This document shows positions 25,579-36,453 of a stretch of 64,000 bases of DNA, piece by piece; the stretch's first letter is position 1, and every line of letters starts with the position of its first letter. The position numbers were made by a program, and so were the translations under genes. The stretch comes from Tubulanus polymorphus (taxonomy: Eukaryota; Animalia; Nemertea). The notes under the pieces were generated by a model. It saw only the letters and a program-made list of their open reading frames with translations, did no database searches and was not told where the DNA came from. The stretch lies in the NCBI RefSeq assembly GCF_964204645.1, contig NC_134030.1:16740110-16804109 (forward strand), in the 5' to 3' direction.

Positions 25579-28500
25579 ATGGAAGCAAATAAGTACTACT
25601 GCCCAACATGTAATATCGATATAGATAAATCCCAAAAAGCAAGACACAATAAAACTACAACACATTTAGAGAATAGATTGAAACTAGAATATGAAGATGA
25701 TATATTAGAAAATAAATTAGAAGAATTAAAGGATGAAAAAGAAACATACAAATGTGATACATGTAATCAATCATTCAGTGATAAAAGATATTATAAAGAA
25801 CATTTAAAATCTATAAGTCATATTAGAAATAAGAATAATGATATTTTAGGTGAAGATTATTTTGATAATGATAACGATAAGAAACAGAAGACAATTAAAA
25901 GAATAAAAAATAAATTAAACAATAAAAGACCATACATGGAAGATGTAAGAAATTATATTAATTCATTAGATAATAAAAAAGATATAGAGATAACCGAAGC
26001 ATTTAAAAGTGATATTGGTCCAGCAGCTATCGAGTTTAAATTTCATAAAGGTAAAACATTAGAAGAAAATAAAAAACATTTAGAAAATATGAAAGAAATA
26101 ATAAAAATAATTACAAACGTAGAATATCCTAAAATAAGTATATCAGTTAAAGTAAAGTTTATAAAATCTGAAGATAAACCAATATATAATATAAATTCTC
26201 ATTCACAACATATTATATCTAAACAACATATAGATGATAAATTAAATAAATGTTATAATGAAATAAAAACTAAAATAGAAGAGAAATATTTTGAAGGATC
26301 TGGTTTAATATTTGATGAGATAATATTTATAACTTTACATGTTTATAACACAAAATATAATAAGTTAACTAAATCAAAACCAATTGATGAAAATAATTTA
26401 TCATATTATAAAGAACCAGATATTGAAGCATCAAGTTATATTAAACTACCATTTAAAACTAATGCTGTAATAAATGTACAAAATGAAGATGATAAATGTT
26501 TTCTATGGGCTATAATAAGTTGTTTACACCCAGTTGAAGATTATAATAAACATACTTATAGATTAACAAATTATAAACAATTTGAAAATAATTATAAGAT
26601 AGATAAGTATCCGGTTAGAATTAAAAATATTCCAAAAATAGAAAGAGATAATAATCTAAAAATAAATGGATTTGATTTAATTAAATTACCAAATACAAAA
26701 GGAAATAATATTAAACATTATACATTAGAACCTTTATACCTATCAAAAGATTATGATTCAAATGATGTTATAGATATACTATATTATGAGAATCATTATA
26801 TGTGGATTAAACAAATCGATTTATTTTTTAGAACAGAAAATGATCACCATAAAATATATCTATGTAGAAAATGTTTACATAGATTCAGTAATGAAAGTAC
26901 ATTATTAAATCATAAACAACTATGTGATAATCATGATTATTGTAAATTAGTTTTACCAAATGAAAAGGATAAAATATTAGAATTCAAAAAATATGATTAC
27001 AAAAATAAAGTACCATTTGTAATATATGGAGATTTTGAATCATTAAATAAAGAATTAACAGATAAAGATAGAAAAGATATATATTATAAAAGAAAGAAAT
27101 TAAATTCTAATGAAAGTGATTATTCAGATGAACCACCAATAACAAATACTATTAAAAAGATTCATCAATCAGCTGCAGCTTTCGGGTTATATATTAAATG
27201 TAATTATCCAGAACTAATTGAAAGTGAATATTATCATTATAGAAATGAAAATGTTATCAATCATTTTTGTGACTTATTAATTGAATATGAAATAAGATTT
27301 AGTAAATTATTGAATACAAATAATGAAATAATTATGACAGAAGAAGATAAAGAAGAATTTGAGTTTGCAGATAAATGTTATTATTGTGAAAAGATATTTA
27401 ATTATAAAGATAAAAAAGTAAGAGATCATGATCATTTGAATGGAAAGTTTAGAGGCGCTGCACATGAGAATTGTAACTTACAAGCTAAGAAAATTAACTT
27501 TGTACCAGTTATATTTCATAATCTATCAGGATATGATGCACATTTATTCATCAAACAGTTATGTCATAAAATAGAAGAAATCAATAATGAAATAGAAATA
27601 TTAAATTCAAATAGATCAAAAGATAAAATACCAACTTATAAATTTAGAATGTTAGCTAAAACATCTGAGAATTATATATCTTTCCAATTTGGATGCTTAA
27701 GATTTATAGATTCATATAGATTTTTAAGTAGTTCATTAGATAACTTATCAAAATCATTAGTTGATGATGAATTAAAGATATTAAAAGAATATTACCCAAA
27801 TAATGATGATTTTCAATTAATGAGATATAAAGGCGCAATTCCATATTCATTTTATAAATCACATAATGATTTTAAAATAACTGAATTATTAAAAGAACAA
27901 TTTTATGATGAATTAAAAAATGAATATGTTAAAGATGAAGTTTATAATAGAACATTGAATATTTGGAATCATTTCAAAATAGAAAATCATGGGCAATTAG
28001 TAGATTTATATTTAAAATCAGATGTATTATTATTAACCGATATATTCGAAAGGTTTAGAGATGTAAACCTAAAATATTTTAACATTGATCCTTGTCATTG
28101 TTATTCATCACCAGGATTAACATGGGATTGTGGATTAAAATTTACAGATATAAAAATGGATTTGTTAACAAATATAGATCAATTACTATTATTTGAAAAA
28201 TCTATAAGAGGAGGTGTTTCAGGTGTATTAGGTGATAGATATTTCAATGTAAATGATAATCCTGGATATAAATTATTATACATAGATGCAAATAATCTTT
28301 ATGGTTGGGCAATGATGGAACCACAACCTTATGGGATGTTTGAAATAACTGAAGTTTTACAAATTGATAAATTTGATTGGAAGAAAAGAATCCTAGATAT
28401 TGCAGATGATTCAGATATTGGTTACTTCTTCGTTGTAGATTTAGAATATCCTGAAAATATTAAATTCAAATCTAGAAATCTAGCATATTGTCCCGAACAT

Positions 28501-29610
28501 AAAACTGTTAAACATGAAGAATTATCAAATTATCAAAAAAGAATTAAACCCGATAATCATATTCATACTGAAAAGTTAATGGTAACTCAAGAAGATAAAT
28601 ATAATTACGTTGTGCATTATAGAATGTTGAAGTTTTATTTGAATCAAGGAATGATATTAAAAAAAGTACATAGATATATTTCATTCAGTCAATCTAAATG
28701 GTTAGAAAAATATATAGATTTTAATACTACACAGAGAACTAAATCTAAAACTGATTTTGAAAAAGATTTTTTTAAGTTAATGAACAATGCGTTCTATGGT
28801 AAGACTTGTGAAAACATAAGAAATAGAAATGATATTGAGTTAGTTAGTAATGGTAAAAGGATAAGGCATTTACAATCATATCCTAAGTTCATTGGTAACA
28901 GAATATTTGATGAAAATTTAGCTGCAGTTAAGATGAAGAGAACTTCAATGAAGTTCAATAAACCTATTTATGTTGGTGCTGCAGTTCTAGAAATTTCAAA
29001 ATTCCTAATGTATAAATTTTACTATAACATATTACAACCCCATTTTGGAGAAAAACACATAGAAATTCTATACTTTGATACTGACAGTTACATATTAAAG
29101 ATAAAAACTGATAACATAACAGATGATTTAAAAACATTAAAACATCATTTTGATTTAAGTAACTATCCTAAAGATCATGAATTGTTTAGCAATGATAATA
29201 AAAAAGTTCCAGGGAAGTTTAAGGATGAATTAGGTGGTGAAGAAATGATAGAGTTCATTGGTATTAGATCTAAAATGTATTCATATAAAACTAAAACTCA
29301 TGAAGCTAAAAAGTTAAAAGGAATTACCAAAAGCGTTGTTGAAAAGAATATTCATTTTAAAGATTACATCAATTGTATATTTAATGAAGAAGTTAGAAAA
29401 CATAAGATGAAATGTTTAAGATCTGAAGATCATGAAATGTATATTGAAGAAATAGAGAAGATAAGTCTAAACCCATTTGATGATAAAAGATATATTTTAG
29501 ATGATGGAATCCACACAGTCGCCTATGGTTGCAATTTAGATGAATATATAAAATTCAAAAGAGAAGAAACAAAAGAAAATGAGATTATGAAAAGGATTCT
29601 AGCGTGTTAA
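25579..29610 (+). CDS. polB: Protein-primed family B DNA polymerase (1343 aa), intact
   Basis: Exonuclease motifs YGDFES, FHNLSGYD and YLKSDV; polymerase motifs YIDANNLYG, KLMNNAFYGK and YFDTDS; N-terminal C2H2 fingers; CYYC...DHDH.NGKFRGAAHENCN insert. Confidence 0.97.
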   Translation: MEANKYYCPTCNIDIDKSQKARHNKTTTHLENRLKLEYEDDILENKLEELKDEKETYKCDTCNQSFSDKRYYKEHLKSISHIRNKNNDILGEDYFDNDNDKKQKTIKRIKNKLNNKRPYMEDVRNYINSLDNKKDIEITEAFKSDIGPAAIEFKFHKGKTLEENKKHLENMKEIIKIITNVEYPKISISVKVKFIKSEDKPIYNINSHSQHIISKQHIDDKLNKCYNEIKTKIEEKYFEGSGLIFDEIIFITLHVYNTKYNKLTKSKPIDENNLSYYKEPDIEASSYIKLPFKTNAVINVQNEDDKCFLWAIISCLHPVEDYNKHTYRLTNYKQFENNYKIDKYPVRIKNIPKIERDNNLKINGFDLIKLPNTKGNNIKHYTLEPLYLSKDYDSNDVIDILYYENHYMWIKQIDLFFRTENDHHKIYLCRKCLHRFSNESTLLNHKQLCDNHDYCKLVLPNEKDKILEFKKYDYKNKVPFVIYGDFESLNKELTDKDRKDIYYKRKKLNSNESDYSDEPPITNTIKKIHQSAAAFGLYIKCNYPELIESEYYHYRNENVINHFCDLLIEYEIRFSKLLNTNNEIIMTEEDKEEFEFADKCYYCEKIFNYKDKKVRDHDHLNGKFRGAAHENCNLQAKKINFVPVIFHNLSGYDAHLFIKQLCHKIEEINNEIEILNSNRSKDKIPTYKFRMLAKTSENYISFQFGCLRFIDSYRFLSSSLDNLSKSLVDDELKILKEYYPNNDDFQLMRYKGAIPYSFYKSHNDFKITELLKEQFYDELKNEYVKDEVYNRTLNIWNHFKIENHGQLVDLYLKSDVLLLTDIFERFRDVNLKYFNIDPCHCYSSPGLTWDCGLKFTDIKMDLLTNIDQLLLFEKSIRGGVSGVLGDRYFNVNDNPGYKLLYIDANNLYGWAMMEPQPYGMFEITEVLQIDKFDWKKRILDIADDSDIGYFFVVDLEYPENIKFKSRNLAYCPEHKTVKHEELSNYQKRIKPDNHIHTEKLMVTQEDKYNYVVHYRMLKFYLNQGMILKKVHRYISFSQSKWLEKYIDFNTTQRTKSKTDFEKDFFKLMNNAFYGKTCENIRNRNDIELVSNGKRIRHLQSYPKFIGNRIFDENLAAVKMKRTSMKFNKPIYVGAAVLEISKFLMYKFYYNILQPHFGEKHIEILYFDTDSYILKIKTDNITDDLKTLKHHFDLSNYPKDHELFSNDNKKVPGKFKDELGGEEMIEFIGIRSKMYSYKTKTHEAKKLKGITKSVVEKNIHFKDYINCIFNEEVRKHKMKCLRSEDHEMYIEEIEKISLNPFDDKRYILDDGIHTVAYGCNLDEYIKFKREETKENEIMKRILAC

Positions 29611-29639
29611 TCAAATTTCAATAAAAATTTGTATAATAA

Positions 29640-29981
29640 ATGGAGAGTAAACAAGTACACAGTGAATTCTTAGATAGAATTAAAGATACTTCAAGCGTCA
29701 AATCTGTAGATTATAAATTTAAAAAACTAACTGAGTTAACAATTCACAAGAAATATTTAATTACTAACATTGAAACAATTACTAATAAATATGGAGATAA
29801 ATTAGTAATTCATTTAGAATATGAAGGATTAAAAGGAAATACACATAAATTCAGAACTTATTTACCAGATAGATTTCATAGATTATCAAGTGAAGATCTA
29901 GAAGAATTATATTCTGGTGATTTCTATTTCGTATACAAAGGTAAGAATGAAAAAGGGCACCATGAAATAGATTTCGAATAA
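29640..29981 (+). CDS. Conserved Polinton small protein (possibly OB-fold ssDNA-binding)
   Basis: TNKYGDKLVI...YLPDRF; homologs in P2 and P3; function is inferred only. Confidence 0.55.
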   Translation: MESKQVHSEFLDRIKDTSSVKSVDYKFKKLTELTIHKKYLITNIETITNKYGDKLVIHLEYEGLKGNTHKFRTYLPDRFHRLSSEDLEELYSGDFYFVYKGKNEKGHHEIDFE

Positions 29982-29998
29982 GAAAATATATAAAATAA

Positions 29999-30754
29999 AT
30001 GGTGGAATTAAAAGAATATAGAATATTTGTTGATTCTAGAAAACTTACAAATTATAAATCACATAATTTACTAGTACAATTAGACAGAGAATTCAAAAAT
30101 TGTGTTGATTTAAAATTAGTAAATATAAGTTTATGTAATTCTTTTTATAATATATCGGATAAAACTTTTGAACATAGAGGGTTTATGATTTATATGAGAA
30201 ATAAAGATAAATGGTTTCATATATTTTTAAAACCAGGATTATATAATTTAGAATCATTAGCGCAGGAAATTAATAGAAGAGCTCGGTTGAAAATCGGGGG
30301 CACTTCTTTATTTGAAATTAAATTTAATAAAATTGATAGTACTAATAAAATTAGAATAAAGATATCTAATGAACAACATAAATTTATGGTAAACAAACCA
30401 CTGGCTAAAATGTTAGGAATTAAACCACTTACAGTTACTGGAAACGCAGAAGGCAGCTCAAATATAATACCTTTTACACATTTTTATATTTATTGCAATT
30501 TAATCGAGCCTACAAAAACTTTCGAAGCAACTAAAGAAACAATTTGTAGTTCTAGTATACTAAATATTTTACCGCTAAAAAATGTTAAACAATTTGGAAC
30601 TCAAATAAATTATAATTTAACAGAATGTGATTTTTAACCATGCATTCCTAAATTTAATAATTTTAAATTAGAAATAAGAAATCATAATGGATACTTAATT
30701 GATTTGAATAACTTTCCTGTGATATATCAATTAGTTATAAGATGTAAAGAGTAA
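29999..30754 (+). pseudogene. P4 minor capsid protein (penton) with in-frame stop at 30635-30637
   Basis: Collinear with the intact P3 copy; AAA changed to TAA. Confidence 0.72.
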
Positions 30755-30770
30755 TTTTTCACCTATATAA

Positions 30771-31148
30771 ATGAATATAACTGTTGGACCGAGTATATGT
30801 TTTGGATTTGATTTTAAACGTGAGAAAGAAATGAAATTTAATATTAATGATGTAATAACACATATCAAAAATACTGCATTTTCTAATGAAACAACATTTG
30901 AGTATGAAACAACAATAGATAAAGAAACTTTAAATGTAGAAAAGATTACTAATTTAATTAGAGAATCTTTAAGATTTTATGAATTAGATGAAGATTTTAT
31001 CATAGATGATATTAAAAAAATACTAATTGAAATATATACAAATGAAACTAGTAATAAAATAAATGTTGAATTAATCATCACTAAGTTAACTAAATATTTT
31101 GATGATAGTATTTTTTTAATAAATAAATTAGTGATAATAAGTGGATAA
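30771..31148 (+). CDS. Hypothetical protein
   Basis: Homologs in P2 (15888-16202) and P3. Confidence 0.7.
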   Translation: MNITVGPSICFGFDFKREKEMKFNINDVITHIKNTAFSNETTFEYETTIDKETLNVEKITNLIRESLRFYELDEDFIIDDIKKILIEIYTNETSNKINVELIITKLTKYFDDSIFLINKLVIISG

Positions 31149-31348
31149 TAACTGGATTATATAATGGCGCATTACTATCAGTTGGAACGGTTGGTTATTC
31201 AATGGTATTAAAAAAAGTATTCAAAATGGGAAGTGTTAATGTTGATAGATTTGATATAAATGATATTTTAAAGTTAACATTAGCAGTTACTTTATCTAAT
31301 TTAACTATTGATTATTTGGAAAAACAAAAATATATTCCTCCCATATAA
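31127..31348 (+). pseudogene. 73-aa hydrophobic protein, start codon ATG changed to ATT
   Basis: Otherwise an open-frame homolog of 23168-23389. Confidence 0.75.
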
Positions 31349-31372
31349 ATGCATAATTTTTTTGTTAAATAA

Positions 31373-31795
31373 ATGGCTTCTGCAATTATAACTATTATAG
31401 GATCGGCAATTGTTAACGCTTTAGCATTTACTGGTGGTGGTTATTTATTTAAACATATTGATAAAAATAGTTCATTAGGAGAACAAAGAAGACATAACTT
31501 AGCGTTAGAGAAATACAATAAAGCTGCAGAAGAATATAGAGAAAAGAGACAAAACTATACGGATTACATCAATAAAGAATTATATGATCAGAAGATTTCA
31601 CATAGAGATTTTCAATCAGTTGATGATGCAATGAGTTTATATAACACAGTAACAAATAAAGAAAAATTACATCTATACAAACCTAAATTATCAGATTATT
31701 ATACCCCAAGTAAAGAACAACAGAAATATGAAATAATATGGATTTTAGGTGGAACTGTTATTGTTATATTTGTTGCTTATAAGTTTACTAATTAG
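31373..31795 (+). CDS. Hypothetical membrane protein (hydrophobic N- and C-termini, central coiled coil)
   Basis: MASAIITIIGSAIVNALAFTGGGYLF and WILGGTVIVIFVAY. Confidence 0.75.
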   Translation: MASAIITIIGSAIVNALAFTGGGYLFKHIDKNSSLGEQRRHNLALEKYNKAAEEYREKRQNYTDYINKELYDQKISHRDFQSVDDAMSLYNTVTNKEKLHLYKPKLSDYYTPSKEQQKYEIIWILGGTVIVIFVAYKFTN

Positions 31796-31814
31796 TAATT
31801 TTTATTCTAAATAA

Positions 31815-32249
31815 ATGGAAGATAAAGTTGATAATATTGATATTATTCCTCATGATATAAATAAAACTAAATTAAAAACATATTTAGAAAAACAAATATT
31901 AGAATTTGAAAGTGACTTAAAGATAAAAAAGAAAAAATATTTAAAAAGTAAAATTATATATTATTTGATTATAAGTGGTTCGGTTACAATTAGTTCTGTA
32001 ATAACATTTTTAGCAATATTCAGTCCATTAACACCATTAGCTATATCAATTGGTGTATTAGGATTAAGTTCAAGTGTTTTAACTGGTATAAGTTCAAAAT
32101 TAAATATAAAAAGTAATAAAGAAAAAATTAAAACTAATATAAAAGAAATTAATAAATTGAAGAATACACTAGATTATATAATAAGTTTAAATGGTCATAT
32201 AACAGTTGAAGAACAAGATAAATTATTAAAAGAATTAATAAATTATTAA
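31815..32249 (+). CDS. Hypothetical two-TM-helix protein
   Basis: About 50-aa hydrophobic hairpin flanked by basic coiled segments. Confidence 0.75.
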   Translation: MEDKVDNIDIIPHDINKTKLKTYLEKQILEFESDLKIKKKKYLKSKIIYYLIISGSVTISSVITFLAIFSPLTPLAISIGVLGLSSSVLTGISSKLNIKSNKEKIKTNIKEINKLKNTLDYIISLNGHITVEEQDKLLKELINY

Positions 32250-32266
32250 TTTTTTTAATTATATAA

Positions 32267-33656
32267 ATGGTAGATAGTTTTCCAAAAGCTTTCCGATATA
32301 ATAAATCAATTAAATATAATATTCCAGCAATAGATTTTAATAAAGATATTACATATAGAAATGAAGTTTTAGATTCATTAATTGATTTATATATTTATGT
32401 TACTGAAACTAATAATTTTAATGCAAAGATGGAAAATATATTTCATGTATATTTAATTAATTTTAAAAAATTGGAAGATGAAAAACAATGGTTATTAAAA
32501 TCTAATATGAAGTATTGGCAGAATTAAATTAAATTTTGCTGTTTATTGTGCAACAACAGGATGTGGAATTAGTTGGAATGATCATTTGAATAATTCTAAA
32601 TATAAATTAATTCAAAGTTTATTTAGATTTCATACATACTTTCAAATAAGAATAATATTAAATGAATTAGAGTGCGCTTTACCAGGATCTAGGTATTTCA
32701 AAGAATTAGATAATAATATAAATTTATCTAAGTTTTATAAGATTTGTAATGAATTTAATATAGATATAAATAATTCTGATTTTAGAACAAAAATTGGAAC
32801 AATAAGATCACTTCCTTGCCCTAAAAAGATTGCAGAATATTGTGCACTTCCCATACCATCTAATAGTTTTTATAATATCTATAATAATAAATTAGGTTAT
32901 GGTAAAATAGAAACAAAGGATTTAGAAACATTAAATTTTAATAAATTACCGAAATTTTATGATAATTTAAAACAAGAAAACAATAATGGTTGGGTTTATT
33001 TTATTTTAGAAAATAGTGAAGGTTTTACTAAATCAGGTATAGAAAGAATAAATCAATCTATTAGAACTTATTTGATATGTATTTTAGGTGCGCAAGTTGA
33101 AACAAGATCACCGATAATTGGAAATTTGAATACATCATTCGATACACAAAAACAGTTTAAAGTATTATTTGAAGATTCAATTCATAATGATAAAAATAGA
33201 TCGATTCCAGAAAACAATATAAGATATCAAAATTATTTAGATAAATCTCATGTAAGACTTAATTATTGTATAGGCCCTAATCTATTAATTATTTCTAATG
33301 ATTTAGTATTGAAGATGGGAAATATAATTGGTTATAATAATCTAATTAAAACTGCAACAATAAATAATTCATTTGGATTGAATGATATAAATAAAAAGAT
33401 TATTACTGCTCCAAAATTAATGGAAGGTGAAAAAAATAAAAAACACATTCAATCAACTGAAACTAAAACTAAGAATATTAAATTAAATAATGATTCCAAA
33501 ATAAAAGATTACAATACATCAGAAAATAATAGAACTGATAAAATTCAACATGATATAATTAAACTAAATGATGATAATAAATCCCATGAAAATACTAAAT
33601 TAGCTATAACTTGTATAGGAATTGTAATCGGAGGAATATTATATTTTAAATTTTAA
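32267..33656 (+). pseudogene. ~460-aa hypothetical virion-module protein with C-terminal TM, split at about 32525
   Basis: The P2 sequence reads YWQNQLNFAVYCA through this point; P4 has a stop/frameshift there. Confidence 0.7.
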
Positions 33657-33671
33657 TTTTTTATTATGTAA

Positions 33672-35129
33672 ATGGAAGTAGAAGGTGTAGAAGATTATGA
33701 AATGGGAGAAATGGGAAATAATAATGAAGGATATATTGATGATGAACCACAACCTGATTTTAATGAAACTAATATTGATAATAATGATGAATCAGCATAT
33801 AATTCTAATTTAGCAGATAGTGGTTCTAAAGGCCCATCAACAGATGAATTTGATAGAAGAACTAGATCGAGAATAAATCCTGAAAATGAAAATCCAGATT
33901 TAGTAAAACAAAATTTAGAATATAATGAATATATTTATAATTTCAAACCTATATTTGAAAAATCTGGATATAATATCAATGTTAGAGGCGCTAGACTTTT
34001 AGTACAAGAATTAAAGTTTTTAGATGGTGAATATTATTATCGTTTGAAAGATGATTATTATATTGATATCTCTTATAAAAAACAAGAAAAAATATTAGCA
34101 GAATCAACTTTGCTTAAGTTAGACCTATCTAGAATTAAAAGAATAAGAAATAGTAATGAACCAGAAGATGTAACACAAGAAGAAATTATTAAAAATGAAA
34201 GAGTATTTAAACAAAGAATTAATGAATTATTTGAAACAATCGATAATAATTTAGAAACAGAAACAACTTCTGAACAGAATATAACTTCCAAAACTAGTAA
34301 ACTTAAATCAAATAAAGTTCCAATTGAAAAACTTTTACCGAATGGGTTACTTGATGCAACAGATCAAGAATTAGAAGATTTAGATATATTTTCTGATAAA
34401 GCAATTAGAGAAATTATTAGTATAAGACTTGCATCTGATAAAATTGCGCATGATAAAAGTATAAGAGATTTTAAAATTAGAACTTTAGAAAAAGAATTAA
34501 CTGATAAAAATAAAGAAATAGAACAATTAAAATTAGATAGAGATAATAAAGTTATTGAAGAAATTGAATTTAAAAAAAGAAATGCATATTTAGAAAAAGA
34601 AAAAGATGATTTAGAATATAACATAGAATTACAAAAAGAAGAAATTAAATTATTATTAAAATCATATGATTATAATATTAATAGATTAAAAGTTATTTTT
34701 AAAGATTTGTTGATTAAACCAAATTCTGAAATATCATTAAAAGATAGAATAAAGTTATTATTTAAATTAGAAGGAATAACAATTCTTTCAATTCTAACAT
34801 CTGTAACTATGTTATTTACAACAATTGGTTTAGCAATATCAAATGCTTTAAAATCTACTCCTACTCCCAATAAACCAGATAAACCTCCAGGTAATAATTC
34901 TATACAAGATAAAGTTAAAGATGGTTTAAAGAAATTAGCAAAATATTTATGGGAACTATCAAAGAAATCTGCTGCAGCTTTACCAGGAGTTATTGCTTCA
35001 ATTGTTGGTTTTATATTGAAATCTGCAGGAAACATTATTAACTTTGCTGCTGAACATATTATTTTATTTTTAATTACGGTTGTAAGTGCTATTATATTTG
35101 GGTTAGTGAATATGATAAAAAATAAATAA
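33672..35129 (+). CDS. 485-aa coiled-coil protein with C-terminal hydrophobic helices (putative membrane/entry protein)
   Basis: Acidic N-terminus, heptad region, then GITILSILTSVTMLFTTIGLAI, ALPGVIASIVGFIL and IILFLITVVSAIIFGLV. Confidence 0.7.
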   Translation: MEVEGVEDYEMGEMGNNNEGYIDDEPQPDFNETNIDNNDESAYNSNLADSGSKGPSTDEFDRRTRSRINPENENPDLVKQNLEYNEYIYNFKPIFEKSGYNINVRGARLLVQELKFLDGEYYYRLKDDYYIDISYKKQEKILAESTLLKLDLSRIKRIRNSNEPEDVTQEEIIKNERVFKQRINELFETIDNNLETETTSEQNITSKTSKLKSNKVPIEKLLPNGLLDATDQELEDLDIFSDKAIREIISIRLASDKIAHDKSIRDFKIRTLEKELTDKNKEIEQLKLDRDNKVIEEIEFKKRNAYLEKEKDDLEYNIELQKEEIKLLLKSYDYNINRLKVIFKDLLIKPNSEISLKDRIKLLFKLEGITILSILTSVTMLFTTIGLAISNALKSTPTPNKPDKPPGNNSIQDKVKDGLKKLAKYLWELSKKSAAALPGVIASIVGFILKSAGNIINFAAEHIILFLITVVSAIIFGLVNMIKNK

Positions 35130-35149
35130 TCAAATTTTTTGTTAAATAA

Positions 35150-36421
35150 ATGAGTGGGAATTATATCAATCCTTCTTCGAATTCTAGAATATCTAATGCT
35201 ATTAAAGCAGAAAGATCCCATCATATAATTACTCATAACCCTTCTAATATTAATCCCGATGAAACTTTATACGTTAGAATCCCTAGATTAACACAAAATA
35301 CTTTTTACGTTCCAAATAGTATCTATTTATCAGCCGATATAAAAGTAATCGGTAATAATAATAATTATGTTGTTGATAATGTTGGAAGATATTTGATTAA
35401 AAAGTTAACAATAAAGATTGGTCCGGAAACAGTTTTCTCATTAGATGATTATAATTTATTTATGCATTATAAAGATTTATGGTTAACTAAAGAAAATAGA
35501 AATAATATGATATTTCAGGGTATTCAATCAGAAAACCAAAATAAATTAAGATCAGATAAAAAAAAAATAAATTAAGATCAAGCTAATAGCGCAATATTAA
35601 CTAATGATGTAGATAAATTGATAAAAAGTATATATGGAAGCAAATATAAAATTCCATTAGACTTTGAATTGATAAATAATAATGCACCTTTATATAAATA
35701 CGCAATTCAAGAAGATATTATATTTGAGATAACATTTGCTCCTGTAAATGAAATTGTATTATCTAGCGTTAATAAAGATATGAGTTATAAATTATCGAAT
35801 ATATGTTTAGAATATGACACAGTAACTGATGAAAATATTTCAAGTATAATTCAAACCCAATACAATCAAGGGTTTTCATTATTATATGATTATATTGATA
35901 AATTTAAAACTGTAACTATTAATGCAAATGATGAAATAATTAATGAAAATATTAACTTTCCTGGAAGATCTATTAAAGGTATATTAATATTTTTTACTAT
36001 TGGAACGTATACTAATGGCGCAATAAATGTTGACAATTATTATAATCCTGAAATAACAAAAGTAGAAATAACTATCGAAGGTATAGCAAATAAAATATTT
36101 TGTCAAGGAATGAGAATGATTGATCAATGGGTAGAAATTAAAAAACATTTTATGAATGAAAAAATAAAATCATTTGAAAATTGCAACATTAATCAAATTG
36201 ATTATTATACCGGCAATAAATATGCATTATGGTTAGATTTTAGAACAACTGAAGATAATTCATTACATGGTTCTGGAAAAAAACTACAGAACACTAAAGA
36301 TGGAATACAATTATTCATGAAAGAGAATAAAGGAATCAAAAATTTTAAAATGCACATTTATATTATATCTGACGCACAATTAAATATTGTAAATTCACAA
36401 TTAGATAGTGTTATGTATTAA
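35150..36421 (+). pseudogene. Major capsid protein (double jelly-roll), frameshifted by a local duplication at 35538-35580
   Basis: ~420 aa, beta-rich; NPSNINPDETLYVRIP...VDNVGRYLIKKL...; size and position fit a Polinton MCP. Confidence 0.7.
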
Positions 36422-36453
36422 AATTTTAACTTTAATAAAAATATATATAATAA

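Noticed and set aside
34073-35236. Antisense ORFs (also 36855-37163, 38887-39099, 40984-41683, 51525-53283 and others)
   Set aside because: Shadow frames of real AT-rich genes, with no motifs.
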